From: Felis catus
Taxonomy: Eukaryota
Assembly (NCBI RefSeq): GCF_018350175.1
Contig: NC_058368.1
Span: forward strand, 15,564,001-15,628,000
DNA length: 64,000 nucleotides
Direction of reading: 5' to 3'
Both the position numbers and the translations under genes were made by a program. Within the stretch, counting starts at the first letter, position 1; each line of letters starts with the position of its first letter. Below the pieces are notes generated by a model that was not told where the DNA came from, did no database searches, and saw nothing but the letters and a program-made list of their open reading frames with translations. Below are positions 1-13,748 of the stretch, piece after piece.

Positions 1-867
1 GCTAGCACATAATAGGTATTTCATAAGTATTTGTTAAGTGGATACATAAAAGTGCAAAGTTAGGTATTCACTTAATGTATTTCAAAGGAAAATTGCCAAA
101 AACAGGCCCGCCAAATCAGTTACAGAACTGAAACCTCATCTCACTAGGGTGACGTGACTGCCACATGACTAGCTAGTGGCAGAGTTCCAACAGAGACCAG
201 TGTCCTCACTTCCCCAGAAATTCATGTTTCAGTTTAAAGGAGCAGAGTGAAGATCTATGTTGCTACATCAAGCTCTTCTCCAGTTATTCCCTAACAGCTG
301 AGACAGGAAATGAGACAAGGAAGGATGAGCATCCAGCTTTCTTCAACCACTAAGAATAAAGACAGAGAGCAAAATGCCAACAGGAATGGGAGCAGATCTT
401 GAACAAACAAGGGAAAAGAGGAGAGGGCCAGAAAGAGTCATCCTTACTAGATTTGAAGATTTAGCATTATTTTCACAACTCCCTTCATTTGCTCTGAACT
501 AATGAATGTTCTCTGGGTCCTTCTCAGTACGAGCCTTCAACATCAAAGAAATGATTACAATGCTAAATGTTTTTTCCTATACCAAATGTGTACCATTTTA
601 TTGAGTTTAAAGGAGATGTACCACTATATACCAAATAAAAAATAATGTTTCATATAATTAGTATTTATTTTTCCAACTACATACTTTTTGGGTAACAGAT
701 GTAGTTACATCCCAAGGCTTACTAAAAAGACTTAATTTCTACTTTACTGAAAAATATAGAAGTTTCCATTTTTATTAAAAAACACATCAGGGGAAAGAGA
801 AACAATTGTAAAATACAGACAATATTTAGATTCCAAAGAAAAGAGGAACATTGTATTTCCCTTAAAT

Positions 868-1333
868 TTTTTTTAATGTTTATTTATTCGAGAGAGAGAG
901 AAATAGAGTGCAAGGGGGAGAGGGACAGAGAGAGAGGGAGACACAGAATCTGAAGAAGGCATCAGGCTCTGAGCTGTCAGCACAGAGCCCAACAGGAGGC
1001 TTGAACCCACAAATGTCAAGATCATGACCTGAGCCCAAGTCAGACACCTAACCAACTGAACTGCCCAGGCGTCCCTGTTTTTAAACAAATTATAAAAAGA
1101 GATGATCTAGGGGCGCCTGGGTGGCTCAGTCGGTTGAGCGTCTGACTTCGGCTCAGGTCACGATCTCACGGTTCGTGACTTCGAGCCCCGCGTCAGGCTC
1201 TGGGCTGATGGCTCAGAGCCTGGAGCCTGCAGCCTGCTTCCGATTCTGCGTCTCCCTCTCTCTCTGCCCCTCCCCCATTCATGCTCTGTCTCTCTCTGTC
1301 TCAAAAATAAATAAACATTAAAAAAAAAAAAAA
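868..1333. mobile_element. Two divergent Can-SINEs (~868-1074 -, ~1109-1333 +)
   Basis: ggggcgcctgggtggctcagtcggtt head, (CT)n, poly(A); the + copy has TSD aaaaagagatgatctag. Confidence 0.92.
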
Positions 1334-2112
1334 AGAGATGATCTAGTTAGAAAGCACTGGTCAGTGTATATGGTAAAAAAGCAGTATCTATCCTCTGTCC
1401 TGCCATCTCTTCAGTTTTACTAGAGCCAATGCTGAGACCTATTATCAGTCATTACCCAATCCTGTCTGTAGGATTTCCTAATTCAGTCATGAATATAAGC
1501 ATAGAGTTTAGGTACCGGGAAAGAAGTGGTATAAGTGAAAATGAAATTTGTTTCCAATGAAATAAAGGCTTTACAGCACACTCAATATAAAATGAAGTAC
1601 CCTTCTCCCAACATATATTCAACAAGCGCTGGCTGATATTTTCCTTACCTGGGGTAGATGGTTCTCATTCCCTTTCTACACAGCAGAGCCTATTAGACTA
1701 GCCAATTCTTTCTAAATTCTACCCCTTGAGAATTACAAAGAATGTTAGTAAATGCTACAAGAGAAACAAAATCTGTAATTAACCAAAAAGTTCAAAAAGA
1801 CCCTGGCTTAAAGAAAATGATTAGAATGATTTGTTTGCTACCAGTTTTTCACACTCCCTTAATATGCTAATGTGAATAGAGAATCTCCAAAAAAGGGATT
1901 AATATGAACTGTTTTCCAAACTTTTTTGGCACCTTTTTTTTCTCAAAGCATCTTGGGGAGAAAATGTCTTTTTCTCTTTACCTGTGTCAGAAAAGGCACC
2001 TTCAGCCATGCTTAGCTCTAGTTTCTGAGTGGAAATCAATTCTCATATCACTTCCCTATTTAAAATCTGTCAGTTTAAAATACTTCAGAATATTTTAAGA
2101 ACATAAAATCCT

Positions 2113-2676
2113 GGGGTGCCTGGGTGGCTCAGTCGGTTAAGTGTCCGACTTCACTCAGGTCATGATCTCATGGTTCATGGGTTCGAGCCCCGCGTCGGTC
2201 TCTGTGCTGACAGCTCAGAGCCTGGGGCCTGCTTTGGATTCTGTGTCTCCCTCTCTCTCTCTGCCCCTCCACCACTTGTGCTCTATCTCTCAAAAATAAA
2301 TAAACATTAAAAAAATTCTCTTTAAAAAAAAAAAAAGAAAAGAAAAGAACATAAAATCCTGATTTTGGCTTGTAATTCTGACCCCTACCTGAATCTGCAG
2401 CTTCGTCCCTTAACTTGTCCCAGTTAAGCCCTTAGAAGGTGCCCTCCCGGGGCGCCTGGGTGGCTCGGTCGGTTAAGCGACCGACTTCAGCTCAGGTCAT
2501 GATCTCACGGTTCATGAGTTCGAGCCCCGCGTCGGCTCTGTGCTGACAGCTTGGAGCCTGCTTCCGATTCTGTGTCTCCCTCTCTCTCTGCCCCTCCCCT
2601 GTTCATGCTCTGTCTCTCTCTGTCTCTCTCTGTCTCAAAAATAAATAAACGTTAAAAAAAAATTAAAAAAAAAAAA
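2113..2676 (+). mobile_element. Two Can-SINEs (~2113-2345, ~2449-2676)
   Basis: Full SINE structure; TSDs aagaacataaaatcct and agaaggtgccctccc. Confidence 0.92.
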
Positions 2677-4253
2677 GAAGGTGCCCTCCCGTCCCTGGGC
2701 TTTTGTGCACCGCCATTCCATAGACTGCAAGAGCTGCTTGCTGGGGAATGGCCCCTTCCTGGCGCTCTGGCCTGGCAGACATCACCCCACCCAGTCTGGT
2801 CTGGGTTCCTCCGTGCCTGTACCTCCTCCGCCGTGCCACAGCTCCAGTGACCGTTCACTTGTCTTTCCCACTCCTTCTGAGTAATAGGTACTGTTTAAAT
2901 GTTTGTTGAAATGGATGGATGAATGAAGAGTTCTCACCTAACAGAAGTGATGAGGATGGGGAAGGCAGGGATTTAATGTCAACAGACTGTGAAAGAACAC
3001 TCTGCTTTATACTAAACTCTTGGTTTTCCATGTGACACATTGTGCAGCCTATTTAAATCACCAAGGAACTGGCCGAAACCCTACCATTTATGGTAAAAAT
3101 AAAATTTCGCTTTTATTTTTGACCATGTTGGACATATAAACATCCTGCAGCATAAAATCTACACACATATATTCTTCCATCCACTGGTGAATCATTCATC
3201 TATGATTCTATTTTTCCATTACTACCAGATTCTCTTTCTTGACATTTGAGGACTCTAATTAGCAAGAAGCTGCTTTTTCTTTCAGTATTATAAAAATATT
3301 TTTTAAGGGAAAGGAGAAATTAATGATTCCAAATAAATATCAGCCCCATTTATGCCTTATCAAGCAGGACATATCGGTTCGAATGTGTCCCGGAGGTAGA
3401 AGCTGGGATTCTGTCCTATGCAGATGAACGAACATTGCCAAAGTCCACAACTGCATGCTTGCATGAAGCCTCCAAATCCTAATGAGCTCCATCACTGTGG
3501 CCAAGGGCCGCAGTCTGACAGGTCTGCCAGCAGCACTGCTGAACTGCTAATGGGTTTTCCTGCCTCTCTGCTCAAGTACAACAGAAAGGTTGTGTGCTAA
3601 AACTTCCAACTAGTAAGAGGGAAGAAAAAAGAACTACGATAATTTTCTGAAATCATAAATTAGGAGATTTATTTTTTACTTCCTCATCTCGTTGCTTTTT
3701 TTTTCCTCTTCAGTTTAATAGAGTCCTGAAGTCAAATGTAAGATGTCCTAACTTATTGTTTATATGGATTATAGTAATCGGAATCAGGACTGCATGGATG
3801 CAGGGAGAAAGTAGCCATCTATTCCAGGCGGCCACCTAGATGGTGTGCTTTCCTTTTCAAAAATAATACCACTTACACCTTTTCTGAAAGCCTGAAAAAT
3901 GGAGAGCTAGAATATAAGATAATAAAGGCCTGTCTTCTTGGAGAAGTCTGTCGGATTTGGCCTATGTAATATAATGCTTTATATTAACATTATGTTTGAC
4001 GCTCCTTTATGTATAAACATACATGCACAAATATGAAGGCACTAGATCCCAGAAGGTCAAATTGTTTTTGAAATACAACCATACCCCTAAAGACTTCATC
4101 TACTTCATAGTTTTGCTTAGTGATAGAATTAGTTTAAATTACATATATACATTTAATCTATTTCCCCATTTAATCTATCATAGTGCTAAACACTCTATAA
4201 ATATGTGGTGAAATCAATGTTTTGTACAATGACAGGATTAAAAATATTTAAAA

Positions 4254-4700
4254 GCAGCGTACCTGGGTGGCTCAGTTGGTTGAGCATCTGACTCTTGATT
4301 TCATCTCACATCATGATCTCACAGATCGTGGGATTAAGCCCCACATCAGGCTCTAAGCTAACAGCGCAGGGCCTGCTTGGGATTCTCTCTCTCCCTCTCT
4401 CTCTGCCCCTCTCCCACTCATGCTTGCTTGCTCTCTCTCTCTCTCTCTCTCTGTCTTTCAAAATAAACAAATAAACTTTTGGGGCACCTGGGTCAGTTAG
4501 GCATTCAACTTTGTCTCAGGTCATGATCTTGCATTGCAGTCTGTGGGTTGGAGCCCTGCATCAGGCTCTGTGCTGACAGCTCAGAGCCTGGAACCTGCTT
4601 CGGATTCTGTGTCTCCCTTTCTCTCTGTCCCTCCTCCACTTGCATTCTCTCTCTCTCTCAAAAATAAATAAGCATTTTAAATAATTAAATAAACTTTAAA
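4254..4700 (+). mobile_element. Tandem Can-SINE pair, the second inserted in the tail of the first
   Basis: Two consecutive SINE bodies; aaataaacttt is repeated around the second. Confidence 0.88.
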
Positions 4701-5130
4701 AAAATGTTTTAAAAACAAAATGAAGCAAAATCATAACATTTTTCTGCAAAAACGGTATAAGTTATTACTCTTTAGTGTGTCAGAAGTTTTGATTCACTAT
4801 AACTTATAAGGATGGCCCCTGGAGTTACAGAATGAGCATGTCCTAATGCTGGGATAATACAGACCCACTGCACTTTCAGTTCTGCTGAAAGTGCACAAAA
4901 CAGTTCTGCTTTGATTCTGCTCTGAACATGTCGGTAGCACCTGGCTGGTTTGTCTGACACCGTATCTCTCTGCTAGCTATTGAACAGAATGTTGAATTTG
5001 GTATCATCTTTGCTTTGTATACCTTGATTTAACACTAGTTCTCTCTTTCTATTTTACCAATCCTGAGGAAAACCAAAATATTTCATGTTGAAAATATTAC
5101 GCATGGCTCTTAAGAACACTTACTCAAAGA

Positions 5131-5578
5131 GGTGGCAGATTGAAAAATGGCTCTCCAAAAGACATCCATGTTCTAATTCCTGGAACCTGTGAATGCTACC
5201 TTATTTGGGAAGAGGGTCTTTGCTGATGAGACGCATACCCTGAGATGAGGAGGTTACACTGGATTATCTGGGTGGGCACTGAATGCCATCACATGTACCC
5301 TTACAAGAAAGAGATGAGAGACAGACACAGGGAGGAGAAAGTGATGTGACGATAGAGCAGAGCCTGGAGTGATGCGGCCATGAGCCAAGGAATGCCAGCT
5401 GCCACCGGAAGTCAGAAGAGCCAAGGGAGGGTTCTTCCCTAGAGCTGCCAGAGGGGACGTGGTCTTGTTAACACTTTGATTTCAGACTTTGAGGCTCTAG
5501 CGCTGTTAGAAAATAAATCTGTGTTGTTTAAAGCCACCAACTTTCTGACAATTTGTTGCAGCAGGCACAGAAAACTGT
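5131..5578 (+). mobile_element. MaLR solo LTR (MLT1-type)
   Basis: Characteristic ctaattcctggaacctgtgaatg...agccaaggaatgcc...aataaatctgtgttgtttaaagccac. Confidence 0.8.
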
Positions 5579-6204
5579 AGTGTCATTTCCTCTTTAAGAA
5601 ATTACAGATTAGGAAGGGCAATAAAACAGGTTCACAGGTAACAACAGTATGAGGTGTCAAATCACAAGTACCCCCCAAAAATGCAGAGGGCTATTCTTGG
5701 AAGTTACTCTTGTAGAAATATATAATATGGGGGGGGGGAACCCACTAAACCTAACTGGCAATATGAAAAGTATGGTTTTCCTGCAACATACTAGATATAA
5801 ATTACAAATGAAGAGGACAGGGCAGATGTCAAGAGCTCACAGTGAGATGAACTTGACCAGATTTGGCAAATAATCAGCCGGCAAAGGAAGAAGTCAAAAA
5901 GAGGGCTGGAAATGTGTGTCAGGAGAGATGGTCATTGTTAAAATAGAGGTAAAGAACACAGGAAGAAGAACAGATTTAGGAAAGGTGGATGAGTTCAGTT
6001 TTAAATACACTAACTGCAAATTATTGGCAAGATGTGTACATGATAATGAAATTCAGGAAGCAGGAAATGTGGAATGGCCCCAAGAGAGAGGTTGAGGCTG
6101 AACACAGAGGAAGGTGTGGGGATCATCCATACGTATGATAGTTACAGCCAAGATATTGGGTAAAATTTATAAGAGATGGGGTGCAGAATACCCATTATTT
6201 GCAA

Positions 6205-7095
6205 TTTTTTTTAAAGTTTATTTATTTATTGAGAGAGAGAGAGAGAGAGAGAGCGCATGAGCAGAGGAGCGGCACAGCAAGAGGGAGAGAGAGAATCCCA
6301 AGCAGACTCTGTGCTGTCAGCTCAGAGCCTGATGCAGGGCTTGATCCCTCAAATCATGAGATCATGACCTGAGCCAAAATCAAGAGTCAGACGCTTAACG
6401 AACCAAGCCACCCAGACACCCCTGGAATACTCATTCTTAAGTAGAGTGGGAAGTATGGAGAATGTCTCTATGAGGAATGTAACAGAATATCCAGGAGTTT
6501 TAAAAAATACGCCATTGTGAGTCCCTCACATATGTTGAGAAGAAACAAGGCTGAGAGGAAATGGTATAGACAGAGCTTCCCAATCAGCATGCCCATGACA
6601 CTGTGTCTTCAATGGGTTGCAGGTCTGCTGCAAGAAATTGATCCCCACAAGCTTCAGTATGGCTAGTAGATTCTTTTTGTTTGTTTGTTTGTTTTGGCTG
6701 ATAGATTCTTGAGGGGTCAGAGTTCTCCAGTCTCCTTCAGCCATGAACAGCTTCAATGTGAAGCTCCATGCAGAGTGGCCAAAGCAGAGCAGGATCTGAT
6801 GATGTGCCCTGTGGAAACCTCACTGTTTCGTGGTGGCCAAGAATTTGAAGAGATTATCATTTTAAAAGTCTTGGTTAGGTGGGGCATCTGGGTGGATCGG
6901 TCAATTGAGCATATGACTCTTGGTATCGGCTCAGGTCATGATCTCACCGTTTGTGAGTTCAAGCCCCATGTTGGGCTCTGTGCTGACAGTGTGGAGCCTG
7001 CTTAGGATTCTCTCTCTCTCCCCAATCTCTCTCTGCCCTTCCCCTGATCGTGCTTTCTCTCTCAAAATAAATAAATAGACTTTTAACATAAAATC
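6205..7095. mobile_element. Can-SINEs at ~6205-6422 (-) and ~6881-7095 (+)
   Basis: SINE heads and tails; TSD aaagtcttggttagg for the + copy. Confidence 0.88.
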
Positions 7096-7127
7096 AAAGT
7101 CTTGGTTAGGAATTGCAAGCCAATCAA

Positions 7128-9884
7128 ATTCATTCTATGAGGTCAGCATCACCCTGATACCAAAACCAGATAAAGACTTCACTAAAAAGAGAACTACAGG
7201 CCAATATCCCTGATTAACATGGATGCAAAAATTCTCAATAAAATACTAGTAGATCAAATCCAACAGTATATTAAAAGAATCATTCATCACAATCAAGTTG
7301 CATTTATTCTTAGACTGCAAATGTGGTTCAATGTTTGCCAATCAATGTGATACACCACCTAAGAACCATATTTTCCTTTCAGCTGATGTAGAAAAAGCAT
7401 TTGACAAAGTGCAACACTGATTCATGATAAAAATAAAAAATTTAAAAAAAAACTCAAAAAGTAGGGATAGAGGCAACATACCTCAACATAATAAAGGCCA
7501 TATACAAAAACCCACAACTAATATTATCCTCAACGGGGAACAATGGACAGCTTTTCCTCTAAGGTCAGGAACAAGACAGGGATGTCCACTCTTACTACTG
7601 TTATTTAACATATTACTGGAAGTCCTATCGGAGGAATCAAACAACACAAAGAAATAAAGTGCATCCAAATAAGCAAGGAAGAATCCAAATTTTAAATATT
7701 TTAACTAAAGGGGCACCTGGGTGGCTCAGTTGGCTCATGTCATGATCTCACAGCTCGTGAGTTCGAGCCCCACATTGGGCTCTGTGCTGACAGCTCACGG
7801 CCTGGAGCCTGCTTGGGATTCTGTGTCTCCCTCTCTCTGTCCCTCCCTGCTCACACACTGTCTCTCTCTCTCTCTCTCTCAAAAATAAACATTAAAAAAA
7901 TTAAATATTTTAACTATGACATGATACTCTATATAGAAGACCCAAAGATGCCATCAAAAAACTGTTGAAACTGATACACGAATTCAGTAAAGTTGCAGGA
8001 TATAAAATCAACACACAGAAATCTGTTGCATCTCTAGACACCAACAACAAAACAGTAGAAAGAGAAATCAAGGAAAAAATCCCATTTACAACTGCATCAA
8101 AAACCATAAATTACCTAGGAATAAACCTAACCAACTGAAAACTATAAAACACTGATGAAAGAAACTGAAGAGGACACAAAGAAATGGAAAAACATTCCAT
8201 GGTAGAATAAATATTGTTAAAATGTCTATAGCCCTCAGAGCAATCTACATATTTAATGCAATCCCTATCAAAATACGACCAGCTTTTTTTTCACAGAGCT
8301 AAAACAATCCTAAAATGTATATGAAATTACAAAAGACCCTGAATAGCCAAAGCAATCCAGAAAAAGAAAAGCAAAGCTGGAGGCATCACAATTCCAGACT
8401 TCAAGTTATATTACAAAGCTGTAGTGATCAAGACAGTATGGTACTGGCATAAAAACAGACACACAGATCAATAGAAAAGAACAGAAAACCCAGATATGAA
8501 CCCAAAACTATATGGTCAATTCATCTTCAACAAAGCAGAAAAGGATATATCCAATGGAAAAAAGATGTGTCTTCAATAAATGGTGCTGGAAAAATTGGAC
8601 AGCAACATGCAAAAGAATGAAACTGGACCACTTTTTACACCATAAACAAATATAAATTCAAAATGGATTAAAGACCTAAATGTGAGATAGGAAACCATTA
8701 AAATCCTAGAGAGCACAAACAGTAACCTCTTTTTTTTAATGTTTATTTATTTTTGAGAGAGAGCACATGCAAGCAGGGGAGGGACAGGAAAAGAGGGGTA
8801 CAGAGGATCTGAAGTGGGACAGGTGTGCTGTCACAGGTGCTGACAGCAGACAGCCCAATGTGGGGCTTGAACTCATGAACCGCAAGATCATGACCTGAGC
8901 CAAAGTCAGACACTTAACCAACTGAGCCACCCAGGCACCCCTGGAACCTCTTTGACATTGGGTGTACCAACTTATTACTAGATATGTCTCCTAAGGCAAG
9001 GGAAACAAAAGCAAAAACAAACTATTGGGGGGTGCCTGGGTGGCTCAGTCAGTTAAGCGTCTGACTTCAGCTCAGGTCATGATCTCACAGTCTGTGAGTT
9101 CAAGCTCCGCCTCAGGCTTGTGCTGACAGCTCAGAGCCTGGAGCCTGCTTCGGATTCTGTGTCTCCCTCTCTCTCTGCCCCTCCCCTGCTCATGCTCTGT
9201 CTCTCCTGTCTCAAAAATAAATAAAAACATTAAAAAATAAATAAACTATTGGAACTACATCAAAATAAAAAGCTTCTGCACAGCAAAGGAAACAATCAAC
9301 AAAATTAATAGGCAACCTATGGAATGGGAGAAGATATTTGCAAATAAAATATCTGATAAAGGGTTAGTATCCAAAATATAAAAAGAACTTATAAAAGTCA
9401 ACACCCATAAAAACAAATAATCCAGTTTAAAAAATAGGCAGAAGACATGAATAGACATTTTTCCAAAGAAGACATACAGATGGCCAACAGACATATGAAA
9501 AGATGTTCAACATCACTCATCATCAGGGAAATACAGATCAAAACTACAATGAGATATTACCTCACACCTGTCAGAATGGCTAAAATCAACAACACAAAAA
9601 ACAACAGGTGTTAGCAAGGATGTGGAAAAAGGGGAACTCTCTTATACTGTTGGCAGGAATACAAACTGCTGCAGCTACTCTGGAAGACAGTATAAAGGTT
9701 CCTAAAATGTTAAAAATAGAACTACTCTACAATCCAGCAATTGTACTATTTACCCAAAGGATACAAAAATAATAATTTGAAGGGATACATGCACCCCAAT
9801 GTTTATAGCAGCATAATTAACAATAGCCAAATTATGGAAAGCACCCAAATGTCCATTGACTGATGAATGGATAAAGAGGATGTG

Positions 9885-9930
<46 letters not shown>

Positions 9931-10320
9931 TATTACACAGCTATCAAAAAGAATGAAATCTTGCCATTTGCAGCAATGTAGATGCAGCTCAAGAATATTA
10001 TGCTATGAAAATAAGTCAGTCATAGAAAGACAGTACCATATTATTTCACTTATATGTGGTATTTAAGAAACAAAACAAATATACATAAGGGAGAAAAAGA
10101 GAGGAAAACCAAGAAATAGACCCTTAACTATAGAGAACAAACTGATGGTTACCAGAGGGGAGGTGGGTGGTGGGATAGGTTAAATAGGAAATAGGGATTA
10201 AGTAGAGCACTTGTGATGAGCACTGGATATTGTCTGTGCTTAATCACTAAATTCTACACTTAAACCTAATATTACACTGCATGTTAACTAACTGTAATTT
10301 AAATAAAAACTTGAAAAAAA
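7128..10320 (+). mobile_element. 5'-truncated carnivore L1 (ORF2 3' part + 3' UTR), interrupted by three Can-SINEs (~7710-7900 +, ~8729-8941 -, ~9028-9240 +) and a (CA)n
   Basis: ORF2-like peptides ([21 protein letters not shown]); A-tail at ~10305-10320; degenerate TSD aggaattgcaagccaatcaa / aggaattccaagctattcaa. Confidence 0.9.
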
Positions 10321-11375
10321 AGGAATTCCAAGCTATTCAAGCATAAAACCTATTATAAAGAGGTTATAGTCACAGAAGCAAACTCCCAATGTCTCAAGAA
10401 AAAGTTTGAAAAAAAAAGTTTCTTTTGGAAGGTTTTAATTCTATTTTTCTTATCATATGTATGTAATATAAAGGAAATACAAGCAGTTGTCTGCCAAACT
10501 TCCCATACAGCCACCGCCAAATCCCCTCCTGTTTACCCTCAGTGTGCAATATTATTATTTTACTGTGTGTGTCATGATATAAGAAAGATTGAAAAGCACT
10601 GATATAGAGAGACAAGGGGTATCAAATCAGATCCTTGTGAAATATCTCCATTACAGGAGAGAGGGCGGTGAAGAAAAGACACAGAGAGGGTAAGTATCTG
10701 GCATATAGGAGACAAGTCCTGCCTCAAAAGGTGGAAAATTTCCCGAAAGGAAATGGATTTAGATGCTGGGCCACCAAAATAGATAATACTTGTCCCAAAC
10801 AGGTCGGCAACGCCAAATGTCACAGAAAAGTGCAATAAAGATGAAAAAATATCCATGGGATTTGATAATTAGGAAGCACTAGAAATGCTAGCAGCATCCA
10901 TTACAGGACAGGCAAGGAAAGGACACACAATAGGGAGCTGGGGTGGAGGTGGGGGAATGGTGTGGACAGAAATAAATAAACTGCTCTTTTAAGAAGGTTA
11001 TTATGAGAAAAGTAGTGGAAGTGGAGGGGAGCAAGGATCAGGGGATGTCAGACTTGCGTGTGTTTCTACCTCAAAGGTAAATCGGCAGCCCAGAGGCAAG
11101 TTTAAAGAGGAGATATTTGTAACTGCAGAGGAAGGCATACCCTTGACAGAGAAAGCTCCTGAAGAAGCTGAAGGGATGAGATTGAGCCCAGGTAAAAGGA
11201 TGGATCTTGGATAGATGTACACTGGCTCAAGAGAAGGCAGGCAAGGATGGCACAAATCATTTCACCAATCAGAAATTAGGAAGCTGAGGTGGCTGTGTCT
11301 GGGAGCTCTCTTTTCTCTGTTTTCCGGGGATACAGACTGAGACATACTAGAAATGGAAAAAACAATGGGTTTGGC

Positions 11376-11610
11376 GGGGTGCCTGGGTGGCTCAGTAGGT
11401 TAAGCGCCCGACTCTTGGTTTTGGCTCAGGTCGTGATCTCTTGGCTTTGTGGATTCAAACCCCTCTGCACTGGTTGGTGTGGTGGCTTTGTGGATTCAAA
11501 CCCAGGCTCTGCACTGGTTGGTGTGGTGCCTGCTTCAGATTCTCTCTCTCTCTCTGCCCCTCCCCAATTGCGCTGTCTCTCTCTAATAAATAAACTTAAA
11601 AACATTTTTT
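11376..11610 (+). mobile_element. Can-SINE with an internal ~42-bp tandem duplication
   Basis: SINE head and tail; duplicated tggctttgtggattcaaaccc..ctctgcactggttggtgtgg. Confidence 0.88.
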
Positions 11611-13589
11611 TAAGGGTTTGACAATTAGAAGGTCATTTATGACCTTTGCAAAGACACTTTTAGTGCTTTATTGAGCCAACGGGTATTTATCATACTAGTG
11701 AATGGGGCACAAGACTGGAGGTCCTGAAATGAGAGTCCTGGATTTTAGATTTAGCTTTTCACTCAATTAGTTCTTCATAAGTGAAGGCACCTTTTGGGGA
11801 CTTACTTCCTCAAAATGGAAGAGTTGGAAGAAATGATGACTTCATCCATGTCCAACACTTATAATATTTGTCTGCTCTATACAAGGCACAGGCCTGGCCA
11901 AATATGTAATACAAAGATGCAACAAGATGCAACAGGGATTGGGCCCTCAACGGCATCACTGCCTCCAAAAGCAATTACTACTAACAATAAGTCATCTTGT
12001 TCCAGGAAGTGCTCCTTCTCAGGTCAAGGTCAGCTGTTAGGGGGAAAAGCATTGAAATTTATATTTTAAGGGGAAAAATATAACCAATTTCTAGTATGAT
12101 TTTTAAAAATACTATCAAACTTGGACTGAAAATCTCAAGACCTTTAGCTACCTAATAAAGTTATTCCTCAACATGATAAATCTGAGAAATGAATGAGTCA
12201 CAGATTTAGGGGTCCTTTAATAAGTGAGAAAATTTGGCATTAATTTGAATACTGTGAGTTTTATCTGAATCTGTCCCTTGGATGTTTAGCACAACACACT
12301 AAATGGAAAGTTGTGACTGCACATGTTATATTTTTTAAGACAAAATAGATTCTGCCAACTTCTGAGCTAAAGGAACAGAAAATACAGGCACACATAATGA
12401 AGACTGTCGAAATGTGATATAAAAAAAAAGATGTATGATGTTATCTCACACATCTTCCCATCAACATGTTCATTATAATGCATTCTTTTGTTCTATCCTA
12501 TTCGGAATTTCTAGCTGTCTATTTGTACATTGATTTTGCACCTCCCACCACAGAGCTTAGAAACATTGACAAGCATCTTCCCATACTCTAAAATGCTGCA
12601 GTATGAGGAGGAGGACATTTCTATTGCTTTAATCTTCATAAAGAATGCTCACGTGGCTAATTTGTTCAGTTCCAAGTCTTTGGTATCTTGTCACTCCTTT
12701 TGAATATAAAGATGTCTAGGCTGACCTCCTTTTCCCAAAAAGAATCCTTAGTATAGCTCTGATTGGATTCAAAGTGCTACCAAGTTCTTTGCAGAAGAAA
12801 GGCTATGTTAGAAGAAGTACAGATTATTCCAGAGGTGTGTCTGTACCATTCCAACCCATCGTTATCAAGATGTGCAAATCACCCATCATTGGTAACTAAT
12901 TCTCTGTTGTGGCAAATTAGTTTATGATCACTTACCTCCCCTCCTCCCAAAGCCCCTGCTTCTATGTCAAACATCTCTGAGGTTCTCCTAAAGGGATGGG
13001 GTTGCTTCCTTGTTTTACTTCCAACATATGATTGTGTTGAATGAAAGGCAGTGGGCAGCCAAGTGACTGCAGAATTGAGAGTTAAGAACACCTGACTGCA
13101 AGCCCTTCTCCTGCTACTTATTTGCTGTGTAATGTTTAGCAGTTACTTAACCAGATGTTCAATTTATTCCTCTGTAAAAGAAAGATTAATAATACCCACC
13201 TGACCTACAACATGAGGCTGCTGTGAAGAAGAAAAGGAAATAGATGACATAGAACATTTTTTAACCTATTCTTATGACTTGGCTTGCTATGGTGGGACAG
13301 CAAAGGCAAGCAACCTGAGCACTGATTTTCTCCCCAAAGCAGGCAAGACCTTTCCTTCTGCCTGGACTGCTTCTTCCTTTGAGCAAGACCACATGGGACC
13401 ACCCCTTGAAGGAATACGGATGCAGGGGCCAGCCCTGCTTCCTACAGGCCTGTCCTTACATTCTGGTGTCTCAGGGTGGGGCACTGGGACTGGTTTTTGT
13501 TTGTTTGCTTGCTTGCTTGTTTGTTTTTGGTAATTTCAAATCTCTGTTCTGAAGCTTTTTTCCCAGAATTATGGGAAGTCAGACAGTAG

Positions 13590-13703
13590 TATTTTATTAT
13601 TTCATTTCATTTCATTTCCATTTCATTTCACTTTATTTTTGAGAGAGAGAGCATGTGCATGAGTCCAGGGGAGGGGCAGAGGAAGAGAGAGAAAGAGAGA
13701 GAC

Positions 13704-13748
<45 letters not shown>

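Noticed and set aside
1109..1200. tRNA-like A/B box sequences in SINE heads as tRNA genes
   Set aside because: They are the tRNA-derived heads of Can-SINEs, followed by (CT)n and poly(A).
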